Of a DNA stretch of 64,000 bases, positions 20,192-31,100 are shown piece after piece. This DNA comes from a virus. How positions within the stretch are numbered: position 1 is the stretch's first letter; each line of letters opens with the position of its first letter. The notes under the pieces are model-generated. The model searched no databases, was not told the DNA's origin, and saw nothing but the letters and a program-made list of their open reading frames with translations. The stretch lies in IMG/VR virus record IMGVR_UViG_3300007513_000984, positions 1 through 64,000 of that record; one strand, 5' to 3'. Position numbers and translations under genes: made by a program.

Positions 20192-21749
20192 ATTGTTCCT
20201 CATATTCTTCTTTTGCTTCATTCCAAAAATCAATCATCTCTGGAAATGTTTCTAAGAAATTTAAGTTTCTACGTTTATCATATTGTGTAAAATATTCATA
20301 GAATTTTATTAATTTATCACTTAGGTCTTTTGAAGACATCTTCTCACCTTCTTTTGCCCATGCTAAATCTCTTTCTAATTTTAATACTTCGTAATTCTTA
20401 AAGCCAGTATACTTTCGACCATACAAATCATTTTCTAAAACATTCTCTTTCATAAAGTCAATGTTCTCTTTCAACATATCTAACATATCACCATCTGCTA
20501 GTTGTATAGCCATCCAATCTGGATATCTAAGATATGGAGTATCAAACCAAATTCTTTGTCTTTTCTTTCGTACAAAAGGTGGATGTTTAAATCCATTTCT
20601 ATCTGGTGGTTGAATAACTTTATCTTCTTGGTTTTCATAACCAAATTCTTCACGCAAGTCTAATATCATTTGTAAGAATCCACGTAGATTAGGAATACTC
20701 AATAAGTTAAACGTGTTGATGAATGATATTTCTGTACCAGAGGTTTCACGTAGAACACGTCTACAGTTCTCGTATAGTTTATCAAAGTCAAGACCATCAC
20801 GCATGTATTCTGCTTGTTTACCTACGCCATCTACACTTACATACAAACTAAAATGTTTACATGCTGGTGCGACATACCAGTAGTTACCACTATCTGGATT
20901 AAACTTAGTCTTGTCTTCCCACACACGAACTTCTTCAATTGCTTTTAACTTATCTATAAACTTATCAAACAACGCATCTTGTGGCGGACACATATTTGAA
21001 GTTATACTTAAATCTAGTGTTGCATTTGGATTTTCATTTACATAATCTAATACCTTAAATGTATTTCTATCCATAAGTGGCTCACCACCAGTCATACGAA
21101 AAACTTTTAAATCTTGATACACATCAGGCCACCATTTCCAAAATGCTTCTACATATGGATTATCTTTACGTGCAACTTCAAGAGGCATAAGTCCAGTCTT
21201 GCGTAGATAGTCTATATCATTATGACCTGTTCCATTTGAGAATCTAAATCCTCCATGTTCTTTGACATCTTCTTCCCATGTAGTAGACAAGTGAGGTGAG
21301 CAATAGGCACATTTAAAGTTACATGCTTGGTTGAAGTTGACTTCGACATATCGTGGAGTAATGTCGTGGTCCCAAGGATTGTTTACAACTTCATCCCATG
21401 CGTCTTTTACCCACCATTCACTTGAGCGATAGTGTCTATCGCTTAATCTACCACCCTCTGGTGGATTCGGAGCATCTTCTACATTCCAACAGTACTGACA
21501 TCCTTCAGGACGAGTACCCTCTTTCATTTGTTTTCGTTCTTGTAATTTGAACTGTGTATTATGTAATGCGTTTGGATTCGCTTTTAGTTCATCTAAGGGA
21601 ATCGCATGTGTTGGCGGATGATAACAACTGTGTGTTCTTCCTTGTGGTAAGTGTAGACTTACTTGAAGCCATTTCGCCATGCACATAGACGGTGACAATG
21701 CATTTAAATTGTCCCGAGTGACAACTGCATCATCGTCATAATTTGACAT
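20169..21749 (-). CDS. N-terminal Twitch-like radical SAM protein (rSAM 7)
   Basis: MCMAKW...SCYHP...CQYCW, then CNFKCAYC and TGGEP. Confidence 0.9.
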   Translation of the reverse strand: MSNYDDDAVVTRDNLNALSPSMCMAKWLQVSLHLPQGRTHSCYHPPTHAIPLDELKANPNALHNTQFKLQERKQMKEGTRPEGCQYCWNVEDAPNPPEGGRLSDRHYRSSEWWVKDAWDEVVNNPWDHDITPRYVEVNFNQACNFKCAYCSPHLSTTWEEDVKEHGGFRFSNGTGHNDIDYLRKTGLMPLEVARKDNPYVEAFWKWWPDVYQDLKVFRMTGGEPLMDRNTFKVLDYVNENPNATLDLSITSNMCPPQDALFDKFIDKLKAIEEVRVWEDKTKFNPDSGNYWYVAPACKHFSLYVSVDGVGKQAEYMRDGLDFDKLYENCRRVLRETSGTEISFINTFNLLSIPNLRGFLQMILDLREEFGYENQEDKVIQPPDRNGFKHPPFVRKKRQRIWFDTPYLRYPDWMAIQLADGDMLDMLKENIDFMKENVLENDLYGRKYTGFKNYEVLKLERDLAWAKEGEKMSSKDLSDKLIKFYEYFTQYDKRRNLNFLETFPEMIDFWNEAKEEYEEQYVTHEKE

Positions 21750-22744
21750 TATCTATCCCAACCAGTTTGCTTTTCTGTTGCAAGTGGATTATTAACTCTA
21801 GGTGGATTTGTATAAACTCTCTTAAAGAATCTAGCCAATTCTGCTGTTGGGTCTGCAATCTCCATACCAATCTTATCTGCTAGAATATCTCCGATACGAA
21901 TTGATTCATCATACAGTTTATCATAATCCCATTCTACTCCAGTCTTAGAACATTTTTCACTACCACCAGAAAACATAGGTAAAACATCTTCTTCGAAATA
22001 AGATTTAAACCAATCAAACGATGAAATGCTTTCTAACTTATAATCTTCTACAAAATTAATATCATAACATCCTAGTCTTGCACCAAAGCAAGCCCAAATG
22101 CCATTCTCTACATCAGCACCAACATTACACCATGTTACTAGTCTTTCGTAGTTTTTTGGCCATATTCTCTTTTTAAAATCTTCAATAGGTACAGTTTTAC
22201 CTTCGTCTAAAGACATTTTAACACCTTCACGATATCCTGCACGGAATGCCTGAAATGGTGAGCCTGCGTTGTATACTTCTGAGTAGATGTTGTTCATTTG
22301 GATGTAATTCAAATCCCAACAGAAGTCTACTTTCTTTGTTTCGTCTTCTGCATTCTCGTGTGTTTTCATTTCTAACACCAAGTCTACTGGCCAACATTTG
22401 ATGCCGCCATTTCCGTATACTAATCCGTTTATCATATTCTTAGCACTCCAACTAACAATAGAGTTTGCTAAGTCTGTGTTTTCTGGAAAAGTTATCTCTA
22501 AGTCGAAAAACTTTTCATCAACGATGTTATCACCGTCAATACCAATAAATCTACTGGTTTCACTTTGTCTTGCACATTCTTTATGTGCGTTATCAAATCC
22601 TTTTACTCCATCTACTCTTTTAGCAAATGGGAATTTCATCATTAGGTTAGCCCAATGTTCTTCTTTTGCTGGTTCATCATAACTGATGTAGAATACATCT
22701 AAATCACCTATGACAACTTTTGATTCTTTCATACTTTTCTCCAC
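21749..22744 (-). CDS. Putative GT-A fold glycosyltransferase
   Basis: DVFYISYDEP...VKGFDNAH...FIGIDGDN (DxD after a hydrophobic strand). Confidence 0.55.
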   Translation of the reverse strand: MEKSMKESKVVIGDLDVFYISYDEPAKEEHWANLMMKFPFAKRVDGVKGFDNAHKECARQSETSRFIGIDGDNIVDEKFFDLEITFPENTDLANSIVSWSAKNMINGLVYGNGGIKCWPVDLVLEMKTHENAEDETKKVDFCWDLNYIQMNNIYSEVYNAGSPFQAFRAGYREGVKMSLDEGKTVPIEDFKKRIWPKNYERLVTWCNVGADVENGIWACFGARLGCYDINFVEDYKLESISSFDWFKSYFEEDVLPMFSGGSEKCSKTGVEWDYDKLYDESIRIGDILADKIGMEIADPTAELARFFKRVYTNPPRVNNPLATEKQTGWDR

Positions 22745-23301
22745 GAATACTTGTCAAAATACTTCTGTGTATAGACACTTATATTGTATTTATTAAATGC
22801 TAACTTAACATGTTTTCCAGTGGATAATAGTTCAGAAAATGGTATTTCTACTGTTTTTATTAGAAATTCTGGTCTATCTTTGTGTGTAATAAAGAATACG
22901 TGGTCTGTTTTACCAGCAACACTAACCAATTGATTTGGGTCAATATCAATACTTTCTTTCAATTTGTCGTTTGCTTCAAATACCAATCCGTCATCGTTGA
23001 ATGAAAGTAGTATATCAGCATCTTCTGTTGTTAATATCTTGTGTAGTTGATTGTCTTTATTTCTTCGTTTAATATCAACTTTTGTTTTTATAATCTCGTA
23101 TATGAGTGGATTCTTTGTTCTGCTTACTATATAATCTGAAAACTTATAACGACCATTAAGAAATGGCTCAATCTCTTTAATCTCAAACCATGCAAACAAG
23201 TTTTTTGTGTCTTCTATTTGATTTGTTATCTGTGTAATCTTATTGAAACCATCAAAATATACAGCACGACATGAATCTGTTCTATCTATAACACTTTTCA
23301 T
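22729..23301 (-). CDS. Hypothetical protein
   Basis: 190-aa ORF overlapping both neighbours. Confidence 0.7.
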   Translation of the reverse strand: MKSVIDRTDSCRAVYFDGFNKITQITNQIEDTKNLFAWFEIKEIEPFLNGRYKFSDYIVSRTKNPLIYEIIKTKVDIKRRNKDNQLHKILTTEDADILLSFNDDGLVFEANDKLKESIDIDPNQLVSVAGKTDHVFFITHKDRPEFLIKTVEIPFSELLSTGKHVKLAFNKYNISVYTQKYFDKYSWRKV

Positions 23302-24155
23302 AGTACTGCATCCTCGAGTTGTTTAATCTTATGGTCATTCATCCAATTCTTCTCTACATAATGTACAGGCAATGTTTGAGTAAAATTGCCAATCTTAACT
23401 TGTAAATCATCTCCCAACTCACTTGTTATACTTTTAGTCCAGTTACTTTCTATCATACTTTCTGGTACATTCTGCACCATACTTTTCATATGAACAAAAG
23501 TAGGAACATCTTTGATATCATAATCACATGTTTCTGCTTCGATATCTAATAGTTGAATTGCTAACGCATATGCAACATCGGCACTCATCCAATTCTGTCC
23601 AACACCAGCAAGAAACTTATCAAAGTATACATTCCAATGAACCATAATTAACTCAATCATTCTAAAGAATTCAAAAGTTAATTCGGATTTATTGAAGTAA
23701 GTGAAGTTACTGTATACGTTTGGTAGATTTAATTGAGTGAACTTCTTTCGATAGTAGTCACTTGTTACATCTTCGTTACGAAACGTTTTAACATTAGTGC
23801 AACACCAAACATCTTTCTTAGCAAGATAATCCCACCAATAGTCTACACTCTCAGTGAATATCATATCACTATCAAGTATAATAGTTTCATCATAAGGAGT
23901 CATATGTGGATATTTCCACTTATTGTGTATCTTCCACTTGTCTCCTTTAGCATCATCATTCCAAGGAATATCAACGATGGCATCAAATACTTTTTTATGT
24001 TTGTCAGTTATTAGTTTCTTCGTTTCTTCATCTACACATACACATAGATTGTTATTCTCTTGTGTTGCTTTTAAACTGAGAGCAAGAGCATACGACATTT
24101 CTAAGTAATCAATATCTTCACTATTTTGAGCAATGGTTATATATCCTCTGCTCAT
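23298..24155 (-). CDS. GT8/mannosyltransferase-like GT-A glycosyltransferase
   Basis: TPYDETIILDSD DxD motif, YALALSLK and FVHMK. Confidence 0.65.
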   Translation of the reverse strand: MSRGYITIAQNSEDIDYLEMSYALALSLKATQENNNLCVCVDEETKKLITDKHKKVFDAIVDIPWNDDAKGDKWKIHNKWKYPHMTPYDETIILDSDMIFTESVDYWWDYLAKKDVWCCTNVKTFRNEDVTSDYYRKKFTQLNLPNVYSNFTYFNKSELTFEFFRMIELIMVHWNVYFDKFLAGVGQNWMSADVAYALAIQLLDIEAETCDYDIKDVPTFVHMKSMVQNVPESMIESNWTKSITSELGDDLQVKIGNFTQTLPVHYVEKNWMNDHKIKQLEDAVL

Positions 24156-25021
24156 ACTTTCTCTCCGTTTGTTAAGAAGTCATCAATGAATCGTCCTATT
24201 GCTTTCTTATTCATAATATGTATGTCCATATTTTTAAATCTTGACAGAAGGTGATTTGTAATTCGTTCAGCATCAGCACAATACATAATAATATCATTAT
24301 GTGAATTAACTCTGTAAATATCATCAAGGTCAAAACTGTTATTCAGATAATTAAATGGTAATGATGGTACATCAAATGCAACACTTCCGTTTAATATATG
24401 TAATGCCATTGAAAATGCAAAGTCATTTCTGAATAGATTGCCACTACAATTATATAGGTAATAGTAATACTTGTAATTATATTTTATATGGCTTATGAGT
24501 GTAAACAGATTTTCAGCAAAATCAGATTTTTTAAAATAAAAAACTGTTGCCCAATACATGGGAATACTAAAGTTATCAAGATATTCTATGTTCTCTTTAT
24601 GACGTTCTGATACATCTCTGTATTTACAGTTAATCATCACATCATTTTCACTATCCCATACTTGGTCTAGCACATTGTTCATAATGAAATAATCAGCATC
24701 TATAACCAACGTTTCGTCATATGGTGATAAGTCATAAACTTCACTTCTACCCATATTCTTAAATGGGGCATATTCAGTTATATGTGTGGTATCTTTGAAT
24801 AATCGTACATTGTCTGGTTGAAAACTATCACTAACAATTACTTTATCAAAATACTTGTTAATTAGTTTCTTATTTGGTTTTAAAGTTTCGGTATTGGTAA
24901 TTAGACATATTTCATCGAATAATGAAAGATTCTTTCTGGCATATCCAGCACAGGCACAAGCCTGTTCAGCATAATTAACATACTCATTGTTCTGAGCAAA
25001 TATTATGATGCCTTTACTCAT
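24152..25021 (-). CDS. GT8-like GT-A glycosyltransferase (paralog of 23298-24155)
   Basis: SPYDETLVIDADY, FRNDFAFS and HIMNK; the N-terminus MSKGIIIFAQN matches MSRGYITIAQN. Confidence 0.65.
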   Translation of the reverse strand: MSKGIIIFAQNNEYVNYAEQACACAGYARKNLSLFDEICLITNTETLKPNKKLINKYFDKVIVSDSFQPDNVRLFKDTTHITEYAPFKNMGRSEVYDLSPYDETLVIDADYFIMNNVLDQVWDSENDVMINCKYRDVSERHKENIEYLDNFSIPMYWATVFYFKKSDFAENLFTLISHIKYNYKYYYYLYNCSGNLFRNDFAFSMALHILNGSVAFDVPSLPFNYLNNSFDLDDIYRVNSHNDIIMYCADAERITNHLLSRFKNMDIHIMNKKAIGRFIDDFLTNGEKV

Positions 25022-25022
25022 A

Positions 25023-25406
25023 TTAAATTTCTAATACTTTTTCTATTTTACGGGAACTTCTCAATTTTTGATATTCGTTATAATAGTCATTTACTACTTC
25101 AAAGTATAGACTCGATATTTCGTCAAGGAATTTCTCAGTATCTTCAATACGAATAGGTATATCGTTCTTATCAAGTAGTGATATTTCTGTTTTGCCACTT
25201 GAAACAACGAAATTCATAAAAGATATTAGTGATTGATTGACTGCGAACGAACCACCAGCCGTGCTGTAACTTAATAAGTTTTGTGTTTTGACTTTTAGAT
25301 TGTTTTTGTTTAGATTGAAAGTCTTCATTGTATTAGAAAAGTCTAATGCTTTCTCTAATCTTTCTAAGTCTTTCTCTGATGCTACATCTTTAATACTATC
25401 GGCCAT
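25023..25406 (-). CDS. Hypothetical protein, first gene of the glycan/rSAM operon
   Basis: 127-aa ORF with an AGGAG SD. Confidence 0.75.
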   Translation of the reverse strand: MADSIKDVASEKDLERLEKALDFSNTMKTFNLNKNNLKVKTQNLLSYSTAGGSFAVNQSLISFMNFVVSSGKTEISLLDKNDIPIRIEDTEKFLDEISSLYFEVVNDYYNEYQKLRSSRKIEKVLEI

Positions 25407-25431
25407 AAATTTATTCTCCTATATTACTACA

Positions 25432-25460
25432 ATAATACAGTAAAATCAACCAAAAGTCAA
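25432..25460 (-). promoter_or_regulatory. Sigma70-type promoter of the glycan/rSAM operon
   Basis: TTGACT-17 bp-TATTAT on the minus strand. Confidence 0.7.
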
Positions 25461-25463
25461 TAC

Positions 25464-26438
25464 TTAAAGTTCAGAAATATGGGAATAAATCGGTGATGAA
25501 AGCGTTACGCCATTTGGTGAATCAACTGGTCTAAGTTCATCTAATGTAACTGTTAGTATTCCTGCTACGTAGTCTGTTCCTGTCCAGGTTCCAGAAGTAC
25601 CATGCTGAGATTCAGACCAAGTGCCTGTATCAGATGGATGAACATCATCAAATGCCATCTTAATATCAATACCAGCAGTTCCTGATAGTTTTGCGTATAT
25701 GTTTATTTGGTTTCCAGCATAATCACCTGTTCCACCTTTTGTGTAAATTAGTTGATACGTGCCAGTTAAATTATTAAATCCATTGCCTGGAGTACCTACA
25801 CTTGCTGAACTTTCAGTAAGAGAATGTGATAATTTAACTGTAGCAATTGCACTTAACATTGTTTGCCAGTCAACACTTTGGGCATGTGCCGCATCAACGC
25901 CAGTTAATGTTGCGTCAAATCTAAGTTCTCCACCAGAATTAAAGAAGTGTCTGCGATTGTCTTCATCTGTGAAGGTAACTTTCGCTTCATAAAATACCTG
26001 ATTTGCACTAGTCCAAATAGGAGTACCAGGACTACCTGTTGGGTCAAAGTATTCTTTTGCTGAAGATATTAGATTTGCTGTTGCAGTCATGTATGATACA
26101 TCACTGTTTAGTTTGTTTCCTACTATGTTTGCTATATCTGTAGTTATAGTAGGAAAAATTAAATCTAGGTCGTGTTGGGGTGGCCAACTAGCATCTGAAG
26201 TGCTAGTCGGCGAATTTAATGTTGTTCCTTGATGTCTGCCTGCATAGAACATCGAGGTCAAAAGTTCATCCCACAATGGTGTTGTTACTCTATCTAGTGC
26301 CTTAGCAACAACGAGATGACTTTGACCGTATCCCGAATCGTTTGCACCAATACCGACTATATCATTGATATCGTCTGCAAATGAGTTAAAATCTGCAACG
26401 TGTAATTTCCATCTATTTAGATAGTAACTCTGTGGCAT
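25464..26438 (-). CDS. Virion structural protein
   Basis: Thr/Ser/Gly-rich; FFNSGGELRF and DYAGNQI motifs shared with the neighbouring paralog; lies in the baseplate module. Confidence 0.65.
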   Translation of the reverse strand: MPQSYYLNRWKLHVADFNSFADDINDIVGIGANDSGYGQSHLVVAKALDRVTTPLWDELLTSMFYAGRHQGTTLNSPTSTSDASWPPQHDLDLIFPTITTDIANIVGNKLNSDVSYMTATANLISSAKEYFDPTGSPGTPIWTSANQVFYEAKVTFTDEDNRRHFFNSGGELRFDATLTGVDAAHAQSVDWQTMLSAIATVKLSHSLTESSASVGTPGNGFNNLTGTYQLIYTKGGTGDYAGNQINIYAKLSGTAGIDIKMAFDDVHPSDTGTWSESQHGTSGTWTGTDYVAGILTVTLDELRPVDSPNGVTLSSPIYSHISEL

Positions 26439-26460
26439 TTACATCGTCCCATAACTTAGG

Positions 26461-27372
26461 TTACAGAGCGTCAGTAACAGTAGCCGTTGGATTCGTTAAG
26501 TTAACTGAATCAGCCGGATTTGTTAATTTCTTCGATGCAATAGTAACTACTGAATCACCTGGTACATTATCTGCACCAGTCCATGACCATCCACCACCAT
26601 AGCCAGAGCCACTGCCTGTACGGGCAACGTGAGCATCTGCTAAGTCAGTCTGTATATAAAGGTCACCACCATCTGTTTTTGCTGAAACTTGTATATAGTT
26701 TGCACTATAGTCAGAATCATCTGCATATTCTTTCTTATGAACAACATAAGAAGTTGTGATATCACCATGCTTGTATCTTGTACGTGTATCAACTGAACTT
26801 GTATCTTCTGGTCTTACTGAGTAAGTGAATGTTCCCATTTCAGCCGCAAGTTGTTCCCAAGAAGTACCTTGTTGGTTTGAACTTGTGTCATTGTGTGATG
26901 CTGAAACTCTAAGTTCGCCACCTGCGGCAAACCAAGCATTCATATTATCTGCTGAACCGAATGCAAATTTAACAATTTGAGTTCTAGTTCCGTTCCAGTC
27001 TGATGCTGTTTCTTGTGTTTCGTTCTGTACGCTTGTGTCCCAGTCTGTGTAAGACCAAGGTGCGTCAAAACGTGCAGTGATGGCTGAGTTGAACGCAACT
27101 GCAACTGCACCATAATGGTCCCAGTCGATTGTTGTGCCTGCATCTACTGCCGTAAATGTATTTGTAATGTTGTAGTAGTTTGCTATCTTTGCCGCCGCAC
27201 TATGTAATGAATCATGATATGAATCATCAATAGTATCACCAGTTGCCGGATTTGCCGCCACAGTATGAGATTGATTATAACCACCGTGGACACCAGTTCC
27301 ATTTAAGATAGTATTCATTTGGTCACGCAAACTACTTAAGTCGTTGTATGTAATTGTTGAGCCTGAAGCCAT
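26461..27372 (-). CDS. Virion structural protein (paralog of 25464-26438)
   Basis: WFAAGGELRV and DYSANYI motifs; GAGGAG SD. Confidence 0.65.
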   Translation of the reverse strand: MASGSTITYNDLSSLRDQMNTILNGTGVHGGYNQSHTVAANPATGDTIDDSYHDSLHSAAAKIANYYNITNTFTAVDAGTTIDWDHYGAVAVAFNSAITARFDAPWSYTDWDTSVQNETQETASDWNGTRTQIVKFAFGSADNMNAWFAAGGELRVSASHNDTSSNQQGTSWEQLAAEMGTFTYSVRPEDTSSVDTRTRYKHGDITTSYVVHKKEYADDSDYSANYIQVSAKTDGGDLYIQTDLADAHVARTGSGSGYGGGWSWTGADNVPGDSVVTIASKKLTNPADSVNLTNPTATVTDAL

Positions 27373-27391
27373 TGTTATACTCCTCTAAAAT

Positions 27392-28051
27392 TTAACTAAT
27401 TTGTATTGTAACTGTATAGTCAATTACAATAGTTCTATTTGCCGCCAGTAACACGGGATGGAATGTTACGTGTGTCAGCATTAAGGTTTTTGTTTTATCT
27501 AGGGCACCACTATCGGTAACCCCAGCCATGAGACCGATTTCATCAAAAGTAAATGCTTCGACCTGACTTGCAGATGCAGAACTATCACTTGATGGAATTG
27601 ATTCTCCCACAGCCGTGGCGTAGTCTGCGTGTGTTAAATCCACACTGAACTTCACTTTGGATGTGTTATTTGGTACTATTTCTCCAGCCCCCATGTCCTC
27701 ACCTGGATAATACACGGTATTTGTAGTCAACTGTTCATATTTTGGTACGTACAGTGATGAATTACTAGCCGTTATGGCTAGTTGGTCATATGTTGGGTAA
27801 ACTCTCGGAGACCGATACGAAAGTGTAGTAGTTGAGGTACTACCACCACTACCAAATTGCATCCAATTAATCAATGGTGCATTTCCTGATGAGTTTACAC
27901 TCGTTGGTTTGCCTGCCATGGCCGAAGCCATAACATATGCCATATTTCCTGGATGAATTGCGTTTTTCTTCTGTACAAGCACATCGCCACTCTCTCTATC
28001 ATAGATTTTAAGTGTGCCAATTACTTGTGATTGTATTGTGTCATTAAACAT
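27392..28051 (-). CDS. Baseplate/virion structural protein
   Basis: KKNAIH, FDEIGL, LTHVTFHPV...IDYTVTI pattern typical of baseplate proteins; two ATAAATA motifs upstream (28081-28103). Confidence 0.6.
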   Translation of the reverse strand: MFNDTIQSQVIGTLKIYDRESGDVLVQKKNAIHPGNMAYVMASAMAGKPTSVNSSGNAPLINWMQFGSGGSTSTTTLSYRSPRVYPTYDQLAITASNSSLYVPKYEQLTTNTVYYPGEDMGAGEIVPNNTSKVKFSVDLTHADYATAVGESIPSSDSSASASQVEAFTFDEIGLMAGVTDSGALDKTKTLMLTHVTFHPVLLAANRTIVIDYTVTIQIS

Positions 28052-28138
28052 GTTGTATCCGTCTCTTAGATTGTTTCTTATATTTATCTACTAATGTATT
28101 TATGCAAACAGTCATTTTAGATATACTATCACTCTATT

Positions 28139-31100
28139 TTACACTAAGTCCTGTAAAACCAATTGTAAAGGAGTTTCAAGTACATATACTAAGTCATTAT
28201 TAGCAAATGAATGCCCTAGACCTGTATATAATACTCTGTTACTAATAGTAAGTGATGTACTTGCTTTCTTATTGTACATCATAAATTCTACATCAGAAGT
28301 CCCTGCCTTTTGTACTGCTATTAATTTTTTATTATTTTTAGAGGCAGTATCAAACAATGATGCGTTATTTACCTCTAAAGTTGTTCCATCAAATGATGAT
28401 ATTGTACCTGAAGATTTAACTCCAATATTGTAACCTCTACCATACATATCATACACATAAAATTCTGTTTTATCAACGGTCTCAGAGCCAATTCCACCAG
28501 TAATATCGCCTGTGTATGTCTGCAATCTTACTATCGATGTCTCTAATGCTTTTGAGTCTACTAAGCCAGTGTCAAATCCACCCTCTTCTGCTGTTGGTGT
28601 GAATCTATTTCGCAAGAACTGTCCCTGCTCATATTCTCCATCAGCAATATCATCAAATGAACTTGGCGTTGAAGTCGCATAATCACCACCGTCTAACGTA
28701 GAGTCTAAGTATCTACTGTTATTACCAAAGTCTAAAGTAAGAGCCAACTTCTCATCAATTGTAGTAGTTGCTGTCATTGAATCAGTTGTCGAGTTTATTC
28801 TTTTGATTTCTCTTATCTTCGCATGATATGGCTTTGCTTCTCTAACATACTCTAACACATCTTCTTCACTATCTCTTTGATAAACGGTATATTGTTTCAA
28901 CTCTCTGTTATGTAAATCTAAATCAAAATAACTTGTTTTGAATAACCATGAAGGATATGTTTTTTCTGTGTAAAGATATTTAATCATAGAAAAGAATATA
29001 TCATTAATAAATGAAGTATTTGGATAATCTCTGATTAAATTCATCAACTCATGTACTTGAATTCCCACTGCATTATTATAATATGTTGTATATCCTGTCT
29101 CTGGTATTGTTGTCATATCGAAAGATACATTCAATGCACTCTTAGTTCTGTGAACTAATTGTAGTTTACCCTCATGCTCAAAGTAATATTCATCATGTGT
29201 TGGTAGTTTTAATTTAAATGACTTTATACCATTTTCATATTGTTCAATCATATCGAACTCTCTAGTAGTTGATAGATACGAGAACGAATTAATCGTTTTA
29301 TAACTGTCATCTATGTACCAATTACCTAGACTGAAAAGAATATCATCAGTATCTATGTATTGAGCATACTTAGAATACGCAGTCTGTAACATTTTATTAC
29401 TCATATTGGTGTTTATCACTGAAGCAAAGTTGTTATGAGTTTTTGAAGTATTAGTAAACCAATTGTTCTTTGTTCCTTCTACTGAGTAAACTCTTAACAC
29501 ATCTCCTACTACCATTGTGTGGTCTTTTTTAATCTTTAGATTATTGCCGTCAATACTTAGATAACTTGCTTTTACTGTTCCTGAGTTTGTAGTAACAACA
29601 ATATTATCAGTTGTTAGTCCACTCATAAAGTTGTTTCCGTATTTGTCTGTTGGTGTCGCAATTGCAAAGTTAACATCAACTAAATGAGATGCTTCTAATT
29701 CAATAGCATAAGATTTCAGTATAGTAACGTTAGAAATAGAATTTGTCAAATCATCTAAGAATCTGTTAGGTATAACAGACTTTGAATCTTCTAGTAACAT
29801 TTCCCAGTCTGAGTGTTCCTTGACCAGATGTGGTTTTTGTTGATACTCTAACGATGCACTCACAGTTTGACTATTATATGTCTTCGCATTATTACTAATG
29901 ACTATCCTTGATGTTGAAACTGGGAAGAATCTGTTCTTAGGTCCACCAGAACCAATCAACATTTTTAATTCTGTTGTATCATCATCTTCTGCCCAATAGA
30001 AATAATCAGTAACAATTTTACCAGCATTATCATCATAGTACTTTTTAGTATTATATGTCAATATAGTCTCTGGTAATGTTCTAGATTTTGTCCACTTCTT
30101 CACAACTATAGTTGAACTTGGTACTATTCCGCCCCAATACTTTCTTACGTAATCAATATCTAAATTTCCATTAGCATCACCATAATCGTTGTAACGATAG
30201 AAACGTGCTAAGTCTGTATCCCACCAAAGTTCATCAAGTCTTTCATCTAACCAAATATCATTACTTGTAGTTGTATCATATTTTGCTGGGTCTGTCCACA
30301 TAATATAATCTAATTTAGACATGATAGTGCCAGGTAGTTTTAAATTAAGTGGGTCATATACTTGATGAATTGTAGATTGTTCTCCATCTTGAATTATTAA
30401 TCTCTTTGTTAAATCTGTATCTATAACTTTTGTCTGTTTAGCATGAATTGTAAATCCACCAACTGGGTCATAGTTTAAAACTGCCCAACCAGATGAATCA
30501 TATTCATCTATCCATAACTTACTTGCACTGTTTAGTCCTAGACTAGTATTGAATTCTGTAAGTGTAGCACCGTTAACTCCGATTGTATGTCTCATTGATT
30601 TCCAAATCATTGCTTTGAAATTAGCACTTGATGTGACATTAGAATATATCAATGAGAGTCCTATCTTAGTCAACATTGCAGTAGAAGTTCCAGAGAATGT
30701 CATCTGTACACTATCGTTAGTGAATATCATTCTACCATCACTTGATACACCAACCTCAATATCAGATGCAGTATTGATTTGACTTGCAAACTCTAGTGCT
30801 GTTGGACTTGATGATTCTGTATTACTATATGTACCTGCTGTCATGCCCATATCGGCAAGAGGGTCACCAGAAAGATTACTTGTGACTATACTCTTTTCTG
30901 AACTTGTTATTTTTACTTTGTAGTCAGACTTGGTTGCGGCAACTGTTGAGCCCGAAAATACTTGAGTGTTTAAGTCAGATACTATTGTGTCTGTGGCATC
31001 AATTGCAACTGTAGTTGTTGCAAATCCTAGTCTGCTCATAGCACCCGATGTCACTTCAACTATATCTAAATTATGATTTGTACTTGATATCTTAATTGTG

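Noticed and set aside
9472-21749. RiPP biosynthesis by the rSAM/SPASM enzymes
   Set aside because: Genes overlap with no room for a precursor peptide, no RRE/PqqD domain, peptidase or exporter is evident, and the neighbours are sugar enzymes. A distant precursor cannot be excluded.
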